This document shows, one piece after another, positions 28,224-37,200 of a DNA stretch of 64,000 nucleotides. Source of the stretch: Minisyncoccota bacterium (GTDB lineage Bacteria; Patescibacteriota; Minisyncoccia; Phycocordibacterales; UBA9973); NCBI GenBank assembly GCA_035353995.1, contig DAOQAL010000001.1, forward strand, positions 4,020 to 68,019. Direction: 5' to 3'. Each line of letters begins with the position of its first letter. Within the stretch, counting starts at the first letter, position 1. The notes beneath the pieces are model-generated. The model saw only the letters and a list, made by a program, of their open reading frames with translations, did no database searches and was not told the origin of the DNA. Both the position numbers and the translations under genes were made by a program.

Positions 28224-29882
28224 TTATCCTGTTATATCGACTATCCTTAATCTTAATTCTTCTTTCCCTTTAAATCTCGATAAATCAAGCGTTGCAAACA
28301 AATCTACTTTTTTATTTTCTTCCAAAGGAGCACTAAACGAGTCTGTTGATGAAAAAAATGAAATTCCATTTTTTTTATTTCCAGATGAATCCGAAAAAAT
28401 TATTTCTAGATGTTCTCCAGAACCATTTTTCCCAAATTTTTTTATTTTTTCTATATTTAAACTATTAAATCGAAAAACGGGTTTAGGATTTTCTAAACCA
28501 AAAGGTGCAAGTTTTTCAACTTCTTTATAATTTTTCATATTTACAAAAGAAAGATCTTTTCTCAAAATAAATTCTTCTATTTCTGTTTCATTTTTATTTG
28601 TTTTTATTTTTTCATAAAAATTAGAAAGTGTTTCTTCTAGAAGGTGTATTTTCTCATCATAAACAGTAAAACCTCCAGCTAATTCATGCCCACCAAATTC
28701 TATAAAATGGTCTGTAGCTGCTGTCATAAGTTCAACAACAGAAACTGAGCCATCAGATCGGCAAGATCCTTTTATTAAATTATTTTCATCTCTACCCCAA
28801 ACAAAAACAGGCTTTTCGTATTCATCTGCTATTTTTCCAGCTACAAGTCCAAGTACGCCAATACGCCAAGATGGATTTCCAATTACAATCACATCTCTCA
28901 TTTCTCTTTTTTCAAAATTTCTTTTTACTTCACGAACAATACCTGCAACTACAACTTTTCTATTATCATTTATTTTCAACAAATGATTAACTAAATTTCC
29001 AGCTTCAATTTCATCATCTGTAGAAAGAAGTTCATATGCTCTAATAGGATCATCCATGCGAGAGGCTGCATTTAATTTTGGTGTAACCATAAAACCAATA
29101 TCATCTTCTGTAATATATCTTTTATCTATATTCATTTTTGATAATAGTTTTTGTAAACCCAAGCGGTGAGTTTTTTTTAGTACCGTCATGCCAAAATATG
29201 AAATTACACGATTCTCGCCTACAAGAGGAACCATGTCAGAAAGAGTTGCAAGAGCAACCATATCTAATGCCCACTTTTCCCAGCCTTCATTTATTTTATA
29301 AAACTCTCCATACTTTTTTATAAAACCTTGAATCAATTTAAAAACAACACCAGCACCACAAAGCATTTTTTCTGGATAATTATCAATTTTAGGATTTAAA
29401 ATTGCATAAGCTCGAGGAATATTTTTTTGCGATAAATGGTGATCTGTAATAATTACATCTATACCATTACTTTCTGCTTGCGCAACTTCTTCAATTGCAG
29501 TAATACCAAGATCGATTGTAATTAATAATTTTACATTTTTGTTTATAAATTCTTTTATTGCATCAATACTAAGCCCATAACCTTCAGAATTTCTTTGTGG
29601 AATATATACTTCGAAATTTTTAAAGTTAATTTTTTTGAATAGATCTTGTAAAATAACAGCACCAGGAATTCCATCAGCATCATAATCAGAATAAATTATT
29701 ATTTTTTCTTTTGCCTCTATTGCTTCAAAAATTCGGACACAAGAACACTCCATATCTTTCATCAAAAAAGGATCATGCATATCTCTTTCGTAATTTGGAT
29801 TTAAAAAAGCTTCTGCTTTTTCTTTATCAAGAATTCCTATTTTTTTCAAAAGTATCTGTAACAGTTCAGAATATTTTTCCAT
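28224..29882 (-). CDS. recJ: Single-stranded-DNA-specific exonuclease RecJ
   Basis: DHH motifs (DYDADGI, ITDHH) and the DHHA1 region (GGHELAGG). Confidence 0.85.
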   Translation of the reverse strand: MEKYSELLQILLKKIGILDKEKAEAFLNPNYERDMHDPFLMKDMECSCVRIFEAIEAKEKIIIYSDYDADGIPGAVILQDLFKKINFKNFEVYIPQRNSEGYGLSIDAIKEFINKNVKLLITIDLGITAIEEVAQAESNGIDVIITDHHLSQKNIPRAYAILNPKIDNYPEKMLCGAGVVFKLIQGFIKKYGEFYKINEGWEKWALDMVALATLSDMVPLVGENRVISYFGMTVLKKTHRLGLQKLLSKMNIDKRYITEDDIGFMVTPKLNAASRMDDPIRAYELLSTDDEIEAGNLVNHLLKINDNRKVVVAGIVREVKRNFEKREMRDVIVIGNPSWRIGVLGLVAGKIADEYEKPVFVWGRDENNLIKGSCRSDGSVSVVELMTAATDHFIEFGGHELAGGFTVYDEKIHLLEETLSNFYEKIKTNKNETEIEEFILRKDLSFVNMKNYKEVEKLAPFGLENPKPVFRFNSLNIEKIKKFGKNGSGEHLEIIFSDSSGNKKNGISFFSSTDSFSAPLEENKKVDLFATLDLSRFKGKEELRLRIVDITG

Positions 29883-29918
29883 TTGGAAAGTATATCACAC
29901 TGTGTTTTTCAATATTCG

Positions 29919-29946
29919 TTGACATTAATGAGTATTTTGGTATAAT
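29919..29946 (+). promoter_or_regulatory. Perfect-consensus sigma70 promoter TTGACA-N16-TATAAT
   Basis: TTGACA at 29919-29924, a 16-nt spacer, and TATAAT at 29941-29946. It drives the small plus-strand gene below. Confidence 0.55.
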
Positions 29947-29990
29947 AAAAGAGGAAAAAATATAGTATTAACCTCTTAAAAAAAATTCAA

Positions 29991-30314
29991 ATGTGTAATC
30001 CTATTCCTAAAAAGTGGAACCCCAAAAAAGCGGTTCTCGGTACATCGTATTGTTTCGATGAAAACAAAACAGTAGGAAGCATTTACTGGACCCCGGTAAG
30101 AGAAAAATTTACCAGGGGAGAGAAAGTCTCAGACGAGGATTTGAGAAAAGGAGATCCCGGCGACAAACTAAAAAACATAGTTGTCCGAGATGGAATACTT
30201 ATTTCCAAAAAAAATGGTTGCTTCGTATTTACGGGATACAAAATCGTTGCGTGTCCCAATGGTAGATTCAAAAAAAGTACCCGGAGAAAAAGAATCTTTG
30301 AAATACCGAAATAG
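29991..30314 (+). CDS. Small hypothetical protein (107 aa, 5 Cys, basic C-terminus) with its own promoter and terminator
   Basis: A 107-codon ORF that is long for the AT-rich background, framed by a consensus promoter and an intrinsic terminator. GC is slightly above the local average. No family recognised. Confidence 0.45.
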   Translation: MCNPIPKKWNPKKAVLGTSYCFDENKTVGSIYWTPVREKFTRGEKVSDEDLRKGDPGDKLKNIVVRDGILISKKNGCFVFTGYKIVACPNGRFKKSTRRKRIFEIPK

Positions 30315-30335
30315 CAACCTGCTTTTATACAAAAA

Positions 30336-30366
30336 GGCGATCCATGGACGCCTTTTTTATTTTTTT
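30336..30366 (+). terminator. Intrinsic terminator (GGCGA-TCCATGGA-CGCC + T-run)
   Basis: A GC stem built around the TCCATGGA palindrome, followed by TTTTTTATTTTTT. Confidence 0.5.
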
Positions 30367-30387
30367 AAATTTTGTTATATTTAAAGT

Positions 30388-30786
30388 ATGAAAGAAGAAA
30401 ATTGTATTTTTTGTAAAATAATAAAAGGAGAAATTCCAAGTACTAAAATTTATGAAGACGAGAATTTTTTAGCTTTTTTGGATATTAAACCTGTTTCATA
30501 CGGACATACTTTAATTATTCCCAAAAAACATTGTATATGGATGCAAGATGCAGATGATGAAACAGTATCCAATATTTTTGTTTTAGCAAAAAAAATAATG
30601 ATTGCTTTAAAAAAGGGGCTTGCTTGTGACTATGTACAACTTTCAGTTGTAGGAAATGAAGTTCCTCATTTTCATATACACTTAATTCCTCGTTACAATG
30701 GTGATAACTTTAGAAATTTACCTACTATTGAATACAAAGAAGGTTTAATAAAAGAAACTGCAGATAAAATTACTCAAGTGCTTTAA
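30388..30786 (+). CDS. HIT-family (histidine triad) nucleotide hydrolase
   Basis: CIFCKI N-terminus and the histidine triad HFHIHLIP. Confidence 0.8.
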   Translation: MKEENCIFCKIIKGEIPSTKIYEDENFLAFLDIKPVSYGHTLIIPKKHCIWMQDADDETVSNIFVLAKKIMIALKKGLACDYVQLSVVGNEVPHFHIHLIPRYNGDNFRNLPTIEYKEGLIKETADKITQVL

Positions 30787-31840
30787 TGCCAGGCAATGTG
30801 CCGTTGGCAAGATAGTCCAAAGTTGCGCCACCACCAGTTGAAACAAAAGAAAATTTCTTTTCTAATTTTAATTTAGAAATTACAGAAACAATATCTCCGC
30901 CACCTATTATGCTTTCTGCTTTTGAATTAGCAATAGCTTTTAGTATTTTTTTTGTACCAACATCTCCCCCATCTTCATATTTTCCCAAGGGCCCGTTCCA
31001 TAAAATTAATTTTGATTTTTTTATATATTCTTCTACTAATTTTATAGATTCTTTTCCTATATCTAAAATAATTTCATTTTTATCTACTTCTTCTATTTTT
31101 TTATTTACTAAAATATTTCCGCTTTTTACAATAACATCCACTGGCAAAATTAATTTTTTATCTTTCAAGATAGAAGAAATATCATAATCTGAATTATCTA
31201 CTAATGATTTTCCAATTTCATATCCTTTTGCTTTCAAAAAATCATTTAATATTGCACCACCGACAAAAACATAGTCAGCTAATTTAATATATTTTTTTAT
31301 TAAAGGTATTTTAGTAGAAAATTTTGCACCTCCTAAAATAAACAAAAAAGGATGCTTCGAATTTTTAACAACATTGGAAAGATTTTTTACTTCTTCTTCA
31401 AATTGAAAACCGGCATAACTTGGTAAATATTTTGGAATTCCAACAACAGAAGCGTGTTCTCTATGTGAGACAGAAAAAGCTTCATTTACATAGATATCTC
31501 CTGTTTCAGCAAGCTCTTTTGCAAATTTAGGATCATTTTTTTCCTCACCAGGATATTTTCTTATGTTTTCTAATAAAGTTATATTCTTTTTTATATATTT
31601 TTTAAGACAAAGAGCAACTGGTTTCATACTTTCTGTTCCTTCTTTTCCCAAATGAGAAATTAAAATAACTTTTGCTCCTTTTTTTTGCAAAAATTTTATA
31701 GTTGGTAATGCTTTTTTAATTCTAAAATCATCTAAAACTTTCTTATTTTTTATGGGAACATTAAAATCTACTCTAACTAATATTTTTTTGTCTTTTATAT
31801 TTTTTAAATTTTTAATTGATTTCATTTTTTTATTTAACAA
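30770..31840 (-). CDS. pgk: Phosphoglycerate kinase
   Basis: N-terminal RVDFNVP, then ILISHLGKEG, the C-terminal GGGD..S nucleotide loop and STGGGA. Confidence 0.9.
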   Translation of the reverse strand: MLNKKMKSIKNLKNIKDKKILVRVDFNVPIKNKKVLDDFRIKKALPTIKFLQKKGAKVILISHLGKEGTESMKPVALCLKKYIKKNITLLENIRKYPGEEKNDPKFAKELAETGDIYVNEAFSVSHREHASVVGIPKYLPSYAGFQFEEEVKNLSNVVKNSKHPFLFILGGAKFSTKIPLIKKYIKLADYVFVGGAILNDFLKAKGYEIGKSLVDNSDYDISSILKDKKLILPVDVIVKSGNILVNKKIEEVDKNEIILDIGKESIKLVEEYIKKSKLILWNGPLGKYEDGGDVGTKKILKAIANSKAESIIGGGDIVSVISKLKLEKKFSFVSTGGGATLDYLANGTLPGIKALE

Positions 31841-31855
31841 AAATATTTACAAATT

Positions 31856-32614
31856 TTAAAGAGTATTTTCTGCTATATTCAAAATTTCTAAAAACTTTTC
31901 AGAGTTTAAACTTGCTCCACCAACCAATGTTCCATCTACTCCACCATCTTTTAAGAAACTACAACAATTTTTTACGTCAACTGAGCCACCATAAAGAATT
32001 TTAGGCATCTTTATTTTTGTACCAAATTTATCTATAAGAACTTTTTTTATAAAAACAGTCATCTCGCGAGAATCATCAGGGTTTGAGTCCTTACGATTTT
32101 GTGTGGTTGATAAAGCCCAAACTGGTTCATAAGCAATAATTATTTTTTGAATTAAATCTTTATGTATACCATTTAAAGACTCTTCAATTTGATTTTTTAC
32201 AAAATTAAAATATTCATGATTTTCGTCTCTCTCTGTTTCTCCAACACAAAGTATAGGTTTTATACCAAAAAAAAGAGCTGCTTTTATTTTTTTATTTACA
32301 TCTTTATTACTTTCTCCTAATTTACGTCTTTCTGAATGACCAATAATTACAAATTTAACTCCAATGTTTGAAAGCATTTCTGCAGAGATCTCTCCAGTAA
32401 AAGCTCCTCTTTCTTCATAAAAAAGATTTTGTGCACCAAGTACTATTTTTCTAGAAAACTTTTTTAGTTTACACAAATATAAATATGGCGGGCATATTAC
32501 AATTTCGATTTTTTTAAAATTATTTTTTTTAGAAATTTTAGTAAAAAGACTTTCCGCTTCTTTTAAAGAAGAGGGATTCATTTTCCAATTAGCAACAATA
32601 ATTTTTTTAGACAT
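31856..32614 (-). CDS. tpiA: Triosephosphate isomerase
   Basis: ANWKMN, IIGHSERR, catalytic AYEPVWAL and GGS..V motifs. Confidence 0.9.
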   Translation of the reverse strand: MSKKIIVANWKMNPSSLKEAESLFTKISKKNNFKKIEIVICPPYLYLCKLKKFSRKIVLGAQNLFYEERGAFTGEISAEMLSNIGVKFVIIGHSERRKLGESNKDVNKKIKAALFFGIKPILCVGETERDENHEYFNFVKNQIEESLNGIHKDLIQKIIIAYEPVWALSTTQNRKDSNPDDSREMTVFIKKVLIDKFGTKIKMPKILYGGSVDVKNCCSFLKDGGVDGTLVGGASLNSEKFLEILNIAENTL

Positions 32615-32661
32615 AAGTCTATTATATCATAGAGTAATATATACAAAATTTAATATATATT

Positions 32662-34449
32662 TTATTTTATTTCTTCCCAGTTTTCGATATTCCATCCACC
32701 CTTCGGGCCACTAGTAAAGTTTATATTTGCTAAACCAGAATCATAATCTACAACAGTAGAACCTTCTAAAATCATATTATAAGCTGTGGCTTCTTTTGCT
32801 CTAGCACTACCTGAAAATTTCAAAGTTCCCTTTTGTGCATTTAATACTACAGAACCAGCGTTACCAGAAATATCAATAGCATCCTTAGTACAAAATGAAG
32901 CATCACAGTTACTGGTTGTAACAAATAATATATAACTATCTTCTTCACCCGTTCCATTCAATTGACTGCTACCAGCAAGATTTAACCGACCATCAGAAAC
33001 AATAATTCCACTAGTATTCCCATAAGTTGACGTATCAAGAACAATTCTTGAATTACCTAACACTGAAACATTTCCTTCTACCCAAACTGTTCCAGTAATG
33101 TAAAGTATATGACTTCCACCTACATTTAAATCACCAGTAATTTTTTTAGGACCTAATGTAGATGTTCCATAATCAGGTGTTGTATAACTACCAGTATATG
33201 TACCTCCAATAGTTGCATCATCTTTCCATTGCTCTATATTTGCATCAGAAATAGGCATAGCAATATAAACTGGATCAGTTTGTGGAGTACAAGATTTATT
33301 ATTACCCGTTCCTGTCTGACAATATATAAGACCAGTTGCTTCTGTATAATTTACAGTATGAGCTTGCGCACTTCCAGAACCACCTGTTCCTATACTTAAT
33401 TGATTATACTTACTGCCACTAGTACCAACAATTGACCCTGTGAATCCTCCTAAGAAAATTTTAAAAAAATAATCTAAACCAGAAGGAGAAGTATTATTCC
33501 ATGTACTTCCCAAGCGTCCTATTTTTCCAATTCCATTGCCATATCCACCGTCCGAAGCACCAATTACATAATATTTTGAACTAGAAGTATTTGTATCAAT
33601 AATAATCCAATACGTAGTACCTACATCTAGCGTAGGACCAGTTGCAAAAGATATATCAATCCACCCATAAGAACTTGTTACATTAGAAGCAAGTAGAGTA
33701 CCTTTTGTATATACTGTTGACCCTGGAACACCATTTAAATTATTTACAATTTTTACTGTTGCATCACTAGGACTACCAACTTTTTTTATATAAATTTGTG
33801 CTTTATTTAAAGGTGCAGAATTTTCAACTTGAAAACTCTGTGCTACATCTTGTGTGCTATTCGTATTTGCAAATGAAACATTGTAACCTGGAACACCATC
33901 ACCATTTGCTTGATCTGCATTAAGTGAAGGGCTATTTGCAGAAATTGCAGTTCCAGAAATAAAACTTGAAGTTCCTCCTTTTATTGGACCATTGGCATAT
34001 ACACTACCATTAACACCAGAACTTCCTTGCATTTCTATTCCACCTTGTCCAACTTGAACTCCATAACTAAAAGACACTCCTGACCCCGCAGAAAGAGATA
34101 TATCTACTTTTCTTTGATAATCAGAAAAATCTCCAATAGAAATAATTTCTTTTTTATTACTACCAATAGTAGTTATAGCAGTAGTTGCAGAATTAGAATC
34201 TAATGTAATTGTTTCACTTGATTCAAGTGGTTTATTTGTTAATAAACGATACAAAGCATCTTCTACACCTGACTCAGCTAAAAAATAAGCTTTTTTAGAA
34301 TCTAAATTCTCTGATACAGATTTAACTTCTCTAATTGCAGGAGAAACAAGACCAGATACTATAACTAAAGAAATAAAAAGAAAAAAAACAACAACAATAA
34401 GCATTGCTGCACCTTTTTGTCTTTTATATTTTAATAAATCTTTTTTCAT
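32662..34449 (-). CDS. PilX-N-like giant minor pilin / pilus tip protein candidate
   Basis: N-terminus KRQKGAAMLIVVVFFLFISLVIVSGLV resembles the PilX_N domain. It is followed by about 540 aa of Gly/Ser/Thr/Asn-rich (beta-helix-like) sequence. It is the last gene of the pilin block. Confidence 0.5.
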   Translation of the reverse strand: MKKDLLKYKRQKGAAMLIVVVFFLFISLVIVSGLVSPAIREVKSVSENLDSKKAYFLAESGVEDALYRLLTNKPLESSETITLDSNSATTAITTIGSNKKEIISIGDFSDYQRKVDISLSAGSGVSFSYGVQVGQGGIEMQGSSGVNGSVYANGPIKGGTSSFISGTAISANSPSLNADQANGDGVPGYNVSFANTNSTQDVAQSFQVENSAPLNKAQIYIKKVGSPSDATVKIVNNLNGVPGSTVYTKGTLLASNVTSSYGWIDISFATGPTLDVGTTYWIIIDTNTSSSKYYVIGASDGGYGNGIGKIGRLGSTWNNTSPSGLDYFFKIFLGGFTGSIVGTSGSKYNQLSIGTGGSGSAQAHTVNYTEATGLIYCQTGTGNNKSCTPQTDPVYIAMPISDANIEQWKDDATIGGTYTGSYTTPDYGTSTLGPKKITGDLNVGGSHILYITGTVWVEGNVSVLGNSRIVLDTSTYGNTSGIIVSDGRLNLAGSSQLNGTGEEDSYILFVTTSNCDASFCTKDAIDISGNAGSVVLNAQKGTLKFSGSARAKEATAYNMILEGSTVVDYDSGLANINFTSGPKGGWNIENWEEIK

Positions 34450-34459
34450 TTTTAATAAA

Positions 34460-34963
34460 TTAATAATTTCTTCTTAAAACTACTGTATTATAAAAATCAT
34501 AATTACGATTACGATTATCGTTTTTAGACCTAACTGTTAAAACTACTTTGATTGCTTTTCCTTCTGTAGTTGTTATTTGATTAAAGGTTAAATTTTCTAC
34601 AATAATATTTGAATTATTCAAATTGCCAATAAGAGACCCATTTTCAAGCAATGTTATATTTTCACCAGAAAAGGCAAATTCAACTAATTTTTCATTTCCT
34701 GCTTCATCTTTAGTATTAAGTATTAATGTATTTTGATTTTCTAAAGAATTTATTTGATAAGCTTGTTTAATTTCCCTTGAGATTTTTTCCATAATTTCTC
34801 CACTCTGTATAACTTCTCTACCAATTTTTGTTTCTTTAAAAGATTTTGTCATTATTATCATTGCATTTATAACTGTAATTGAAATTACCAACAAAAGAAC
34901 AATATAAAAAACTGTTTCAAGAATAGTGGCTCCTTTTTTTGTTTTTATATTTTTTTTAATCAT
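34460..34963 (-). CDS. Prepilin-type minor pilin (start taken at MIKKNIKTKKG-ATILE)
   Basis: Class III signal: positively charged leader, G|ATILE with Glu at +5, then a hydrophobic helix. Confidence 0.6.
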   Translation of the reverse strand: MIKKNIKTKKGATILETVFYIVLLLVISITVINAMIIMTKSFKETKIGREVIQSGEIMEKISREIKQAYQINSLENQNTLILNTKDEAGNEKLVEFAFSGENITLLENGSLIGNLNNSNIIVENLTFNQITTTEGKAIKVVLTVRSKNDNRNRNYDFYNTVVLRRNY

Positions 34964-35475
34964 AGAAATATATTTGAAATATAGAATGACAAACTTTTCG
35001 ACATGTTTTTTGAACCTTCTTGCCAACTAACATTTACTGTAACTAATTTTGTTCCAGGATCATCTGTTCCAGAATCTGATATATCTCCAGTAGCAGAATC
35101 TCTATTCACAGATGATATGGTTATTGTTCTTGTAAAAATTCCAACTTGAGATGGAATAGCTGAAAGAGACCATGCGCTATCTGCATAAACTGGATAATAA
35201 GTTGTAAGATTATCCAAGCTTGAAATATTGTCCCAACTATTATCTCTAATTATTCTTACTACTTCAGCGCCTTCCTCCAATAAGAAACTCGCTTGGGAAA
35301 TATGCACTGATTGATGAGAAACTAAAATTGCTCTACTTGAAACAGCCATAGCAGAAAAAACAGATGCAACGATTATTGAAATCGCTATTAAAATCTCAAT
35401 CATCAAAAAACCATTGTTTCTTTTTATTTTAGCAATACAATTTTTTTTATTTACTTTTTTAAAAAAACTTTTCAT
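34960..35475 (-). CDS. Prepilin-type minor pilin
   Basis: Leader ...KRNNG|FLMIEILIAISIIVASVF with Glu +5. 171 aa. Confidence 0.65.
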   Translation of the reverse strand: MKSFFKKVNKKNCIAKIKRNNGFLMIEILIAISIIVASVFSAMAVSSRAILVSHQSVHISQASFLLEEGAEVVRIIRDNSWDNISSLDNLTTYYPVYADSAWSLSAIPSQVGIFTRTITISSVNRDSATGDISDSGTDDPGTKLVTVNVSWQEGSKNMSKSLSFYISNIFL

Positions 35476-35481
35476 TTTAAA

Positions 35482-35949
35482 TTAATTTGTGCTTACTGAA
35501 CCAGTAGCAGATATCGTAATTATTTTAACTAAAGTAGGATTTGAGGAAATAGAAACAGTAACTGTTCCAGTATTGCTTGGCGTTCCACTTAGTCTATTAA
35601 AATAAAAATCATTTGCACCACCAGAAAGACTTATATCAGAAATTGTCGCTGGATAAATAACATTTATTACTTCATTATTTGCAGAACTGGAATTAAAAAC
35701 CGTACCTTTAAAAATTATAATTTTATCTGAATCAAAATGCACGCCATATTCTGAAGAATTTAAGGAAGCCAAAGTTTGAGACTTTGCTTTACTGGAAGCA
35801 GACACAATATCTTCAGTAGTGTTTTTTAAAACTTGCAATTGTCTCATTTTTGAAAATTGAGGTATTGCAATAGCAGTTAGTATACCAATAATTGCTATAA
35901 CAATTAAAATTTCTATTAACAAAATTCCTTTTTGATAAAAATGTTTCAT
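35482..35949 (-). CDS. pilA: Type IV major pilin (PilA-like)
   Basis: MKHFYQKG|ILLIEILIVIAIIGILTAIAIPQF is the canonical type IVa pilin N-terminus. 155 aa. Confidence 0.75.
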   Translation of the reverse strand: MKHFYQKGILLIEILIVIAIIGILTAIAIPQFSKMRQLQVLKNTTEDIVSASSKAKSQTLASLNSSEYGVHFDSDKIIIFKGTVFNSSSANNEVINVIYPATISDISLSGGANDFYFNRLSGTPSNTGTVTVSISSNPTLVKIITISATGSVSTN

Positions 35950-35955
35950 GAATTA

Positions 35956-37200
35956 TTAAATATTGCCCATTACAGAATAAAGTGGAGAAAACATTGAAAC
36001 AGCAAAAAAACCAACAGCACAACCAATGATTATCATAAGTACTGGTTCAATAATAGTTGAAAGATTTTTTGTTTTATTTTCTATTTCCCCCTCGTAGAAA
36101 ACAGCAACTTGAAATAACATATCTGATAATTTTCCAGTTTCTTCTCCAACTTGAATCATTTCTGACATCATAACTGGATAAAGTTTTGGATTAGAAACAA
36201 AAATTTGAGAAAAAGGCAAACCTTTTTGAATTGAATCTCTACCATCTTCTAATGCTTTTTTATAATAAACATTTTGAACAACATCTTCAGCAATTTCAAT
36301 TGCTCTTGTTATAGGAACACCTGACATTAATAAAGAAGAGATAGTTCGAGCAGTGCGAGCTGAATTTAATTGTCTAGACATTTCACCGATAGCTGGAAGT
36401 TTAAGTATAGTAAAATCAATATATTTAGCCATAAATTTTGCTTTAACAAGAAGAACTATTGTCACAACAATAGCAATCAATGAAGACAAAGCAAGTATTA
36501 AATGATTTGAGAAAAAATCACCCAAGGCTATTATAAATTTTGTAGAAGATGGCAATTCCGAGCCAACGTCTTCAAATGTTTTTGCAAGAGTAGGAACAAC
36601 AAAAGCTAGCATCAAAATTCCAATTATAAGCATTGCTGTAAAAATTACACTAGGATAAATCATTGCTCCTTTAACTTTTTTAGTTATTGAATGTGATTTT
36701 TCTAAGTTAGCTCCAACTTCAGATAAAGATCCTGCAAGATTACCAGATTCTTCTCCAGCACGAACCATTGAAACAAAAAGTTTTGAAAAAGTATTTGGAT
36801 ATTTTGCTAAACCAGAAGACAATGTTCCACCAGAATTTATTTCATTTTCTAAACCTGTTAAAATATTATTTAATTTTGTATTCTTAGTTTGTTTTTTTAG
36901 AACAGATACTGCACGTGACAAAGAAAGACCAGCGCTAATCATTCCACTTAAATTTTTTGTGAAAAGAATTTTTTCTTGTACTTTTACTTTGCCAAATAAT
37001 TTCTGAGTCAAACCATTTAAATCCATAAGTCCTCCCTTTTTTTGTGAAACTAAAACTGGAACAAGACCACGAGATCTTAGTTCTCTAGAAAGGGAAAACC
37101 TATCGGCAGACTCCATAGTTCCTTCAATAATTTGTCCGTCCTTATTTTTTGCTTTGTAAAAAAAATTCATAAAATTAAAACAAAAACTATTCGGAAACAA
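35956..37200 (-). CDS. pilC: Type IV pilus platform protein PilC (GspF family)
   Basis: Two T2SSF repeats, 3-TM topology, about 400 aa, overlapping pilB. Confidence 0.85.
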   Translation of the reverse strand: MFPNSFCFNFMNFFYKAKNKDGQIIEGTMESADRFSLSRELRSRGLVPVLVSQKKGGLMDLNGLTQKLFGKVKVQEKILFTKNLSGMISAGLSLSRAVSVLKKQTKNTKLNNILTGLENEINSGGTLSSGLAKYPNTFSKLFVSMVRAGEESGNLAGSLSEVGANLEKSHSITKKVKGAMIYPSVIFTAMLIIGILMLAFVVPTLAKTFEDVGSELPSSTKFIIALGDFFSNHLILALSSLIAIVVTIVLLVKAKFMAKYIDFTILKLPAIGEMSRQLNSARTARTISSLLMSGVPITRAIEIAEDVVQNVYYKKALEDGRDSIQKGLPFSQIFVSNPKLYPVMMSEMIQVGEETGKLSDMLFQVAVFYEGEIENKTKNLSTIIEPVLMIIIGCAVGFFAVSMFSPLYSVMGNI

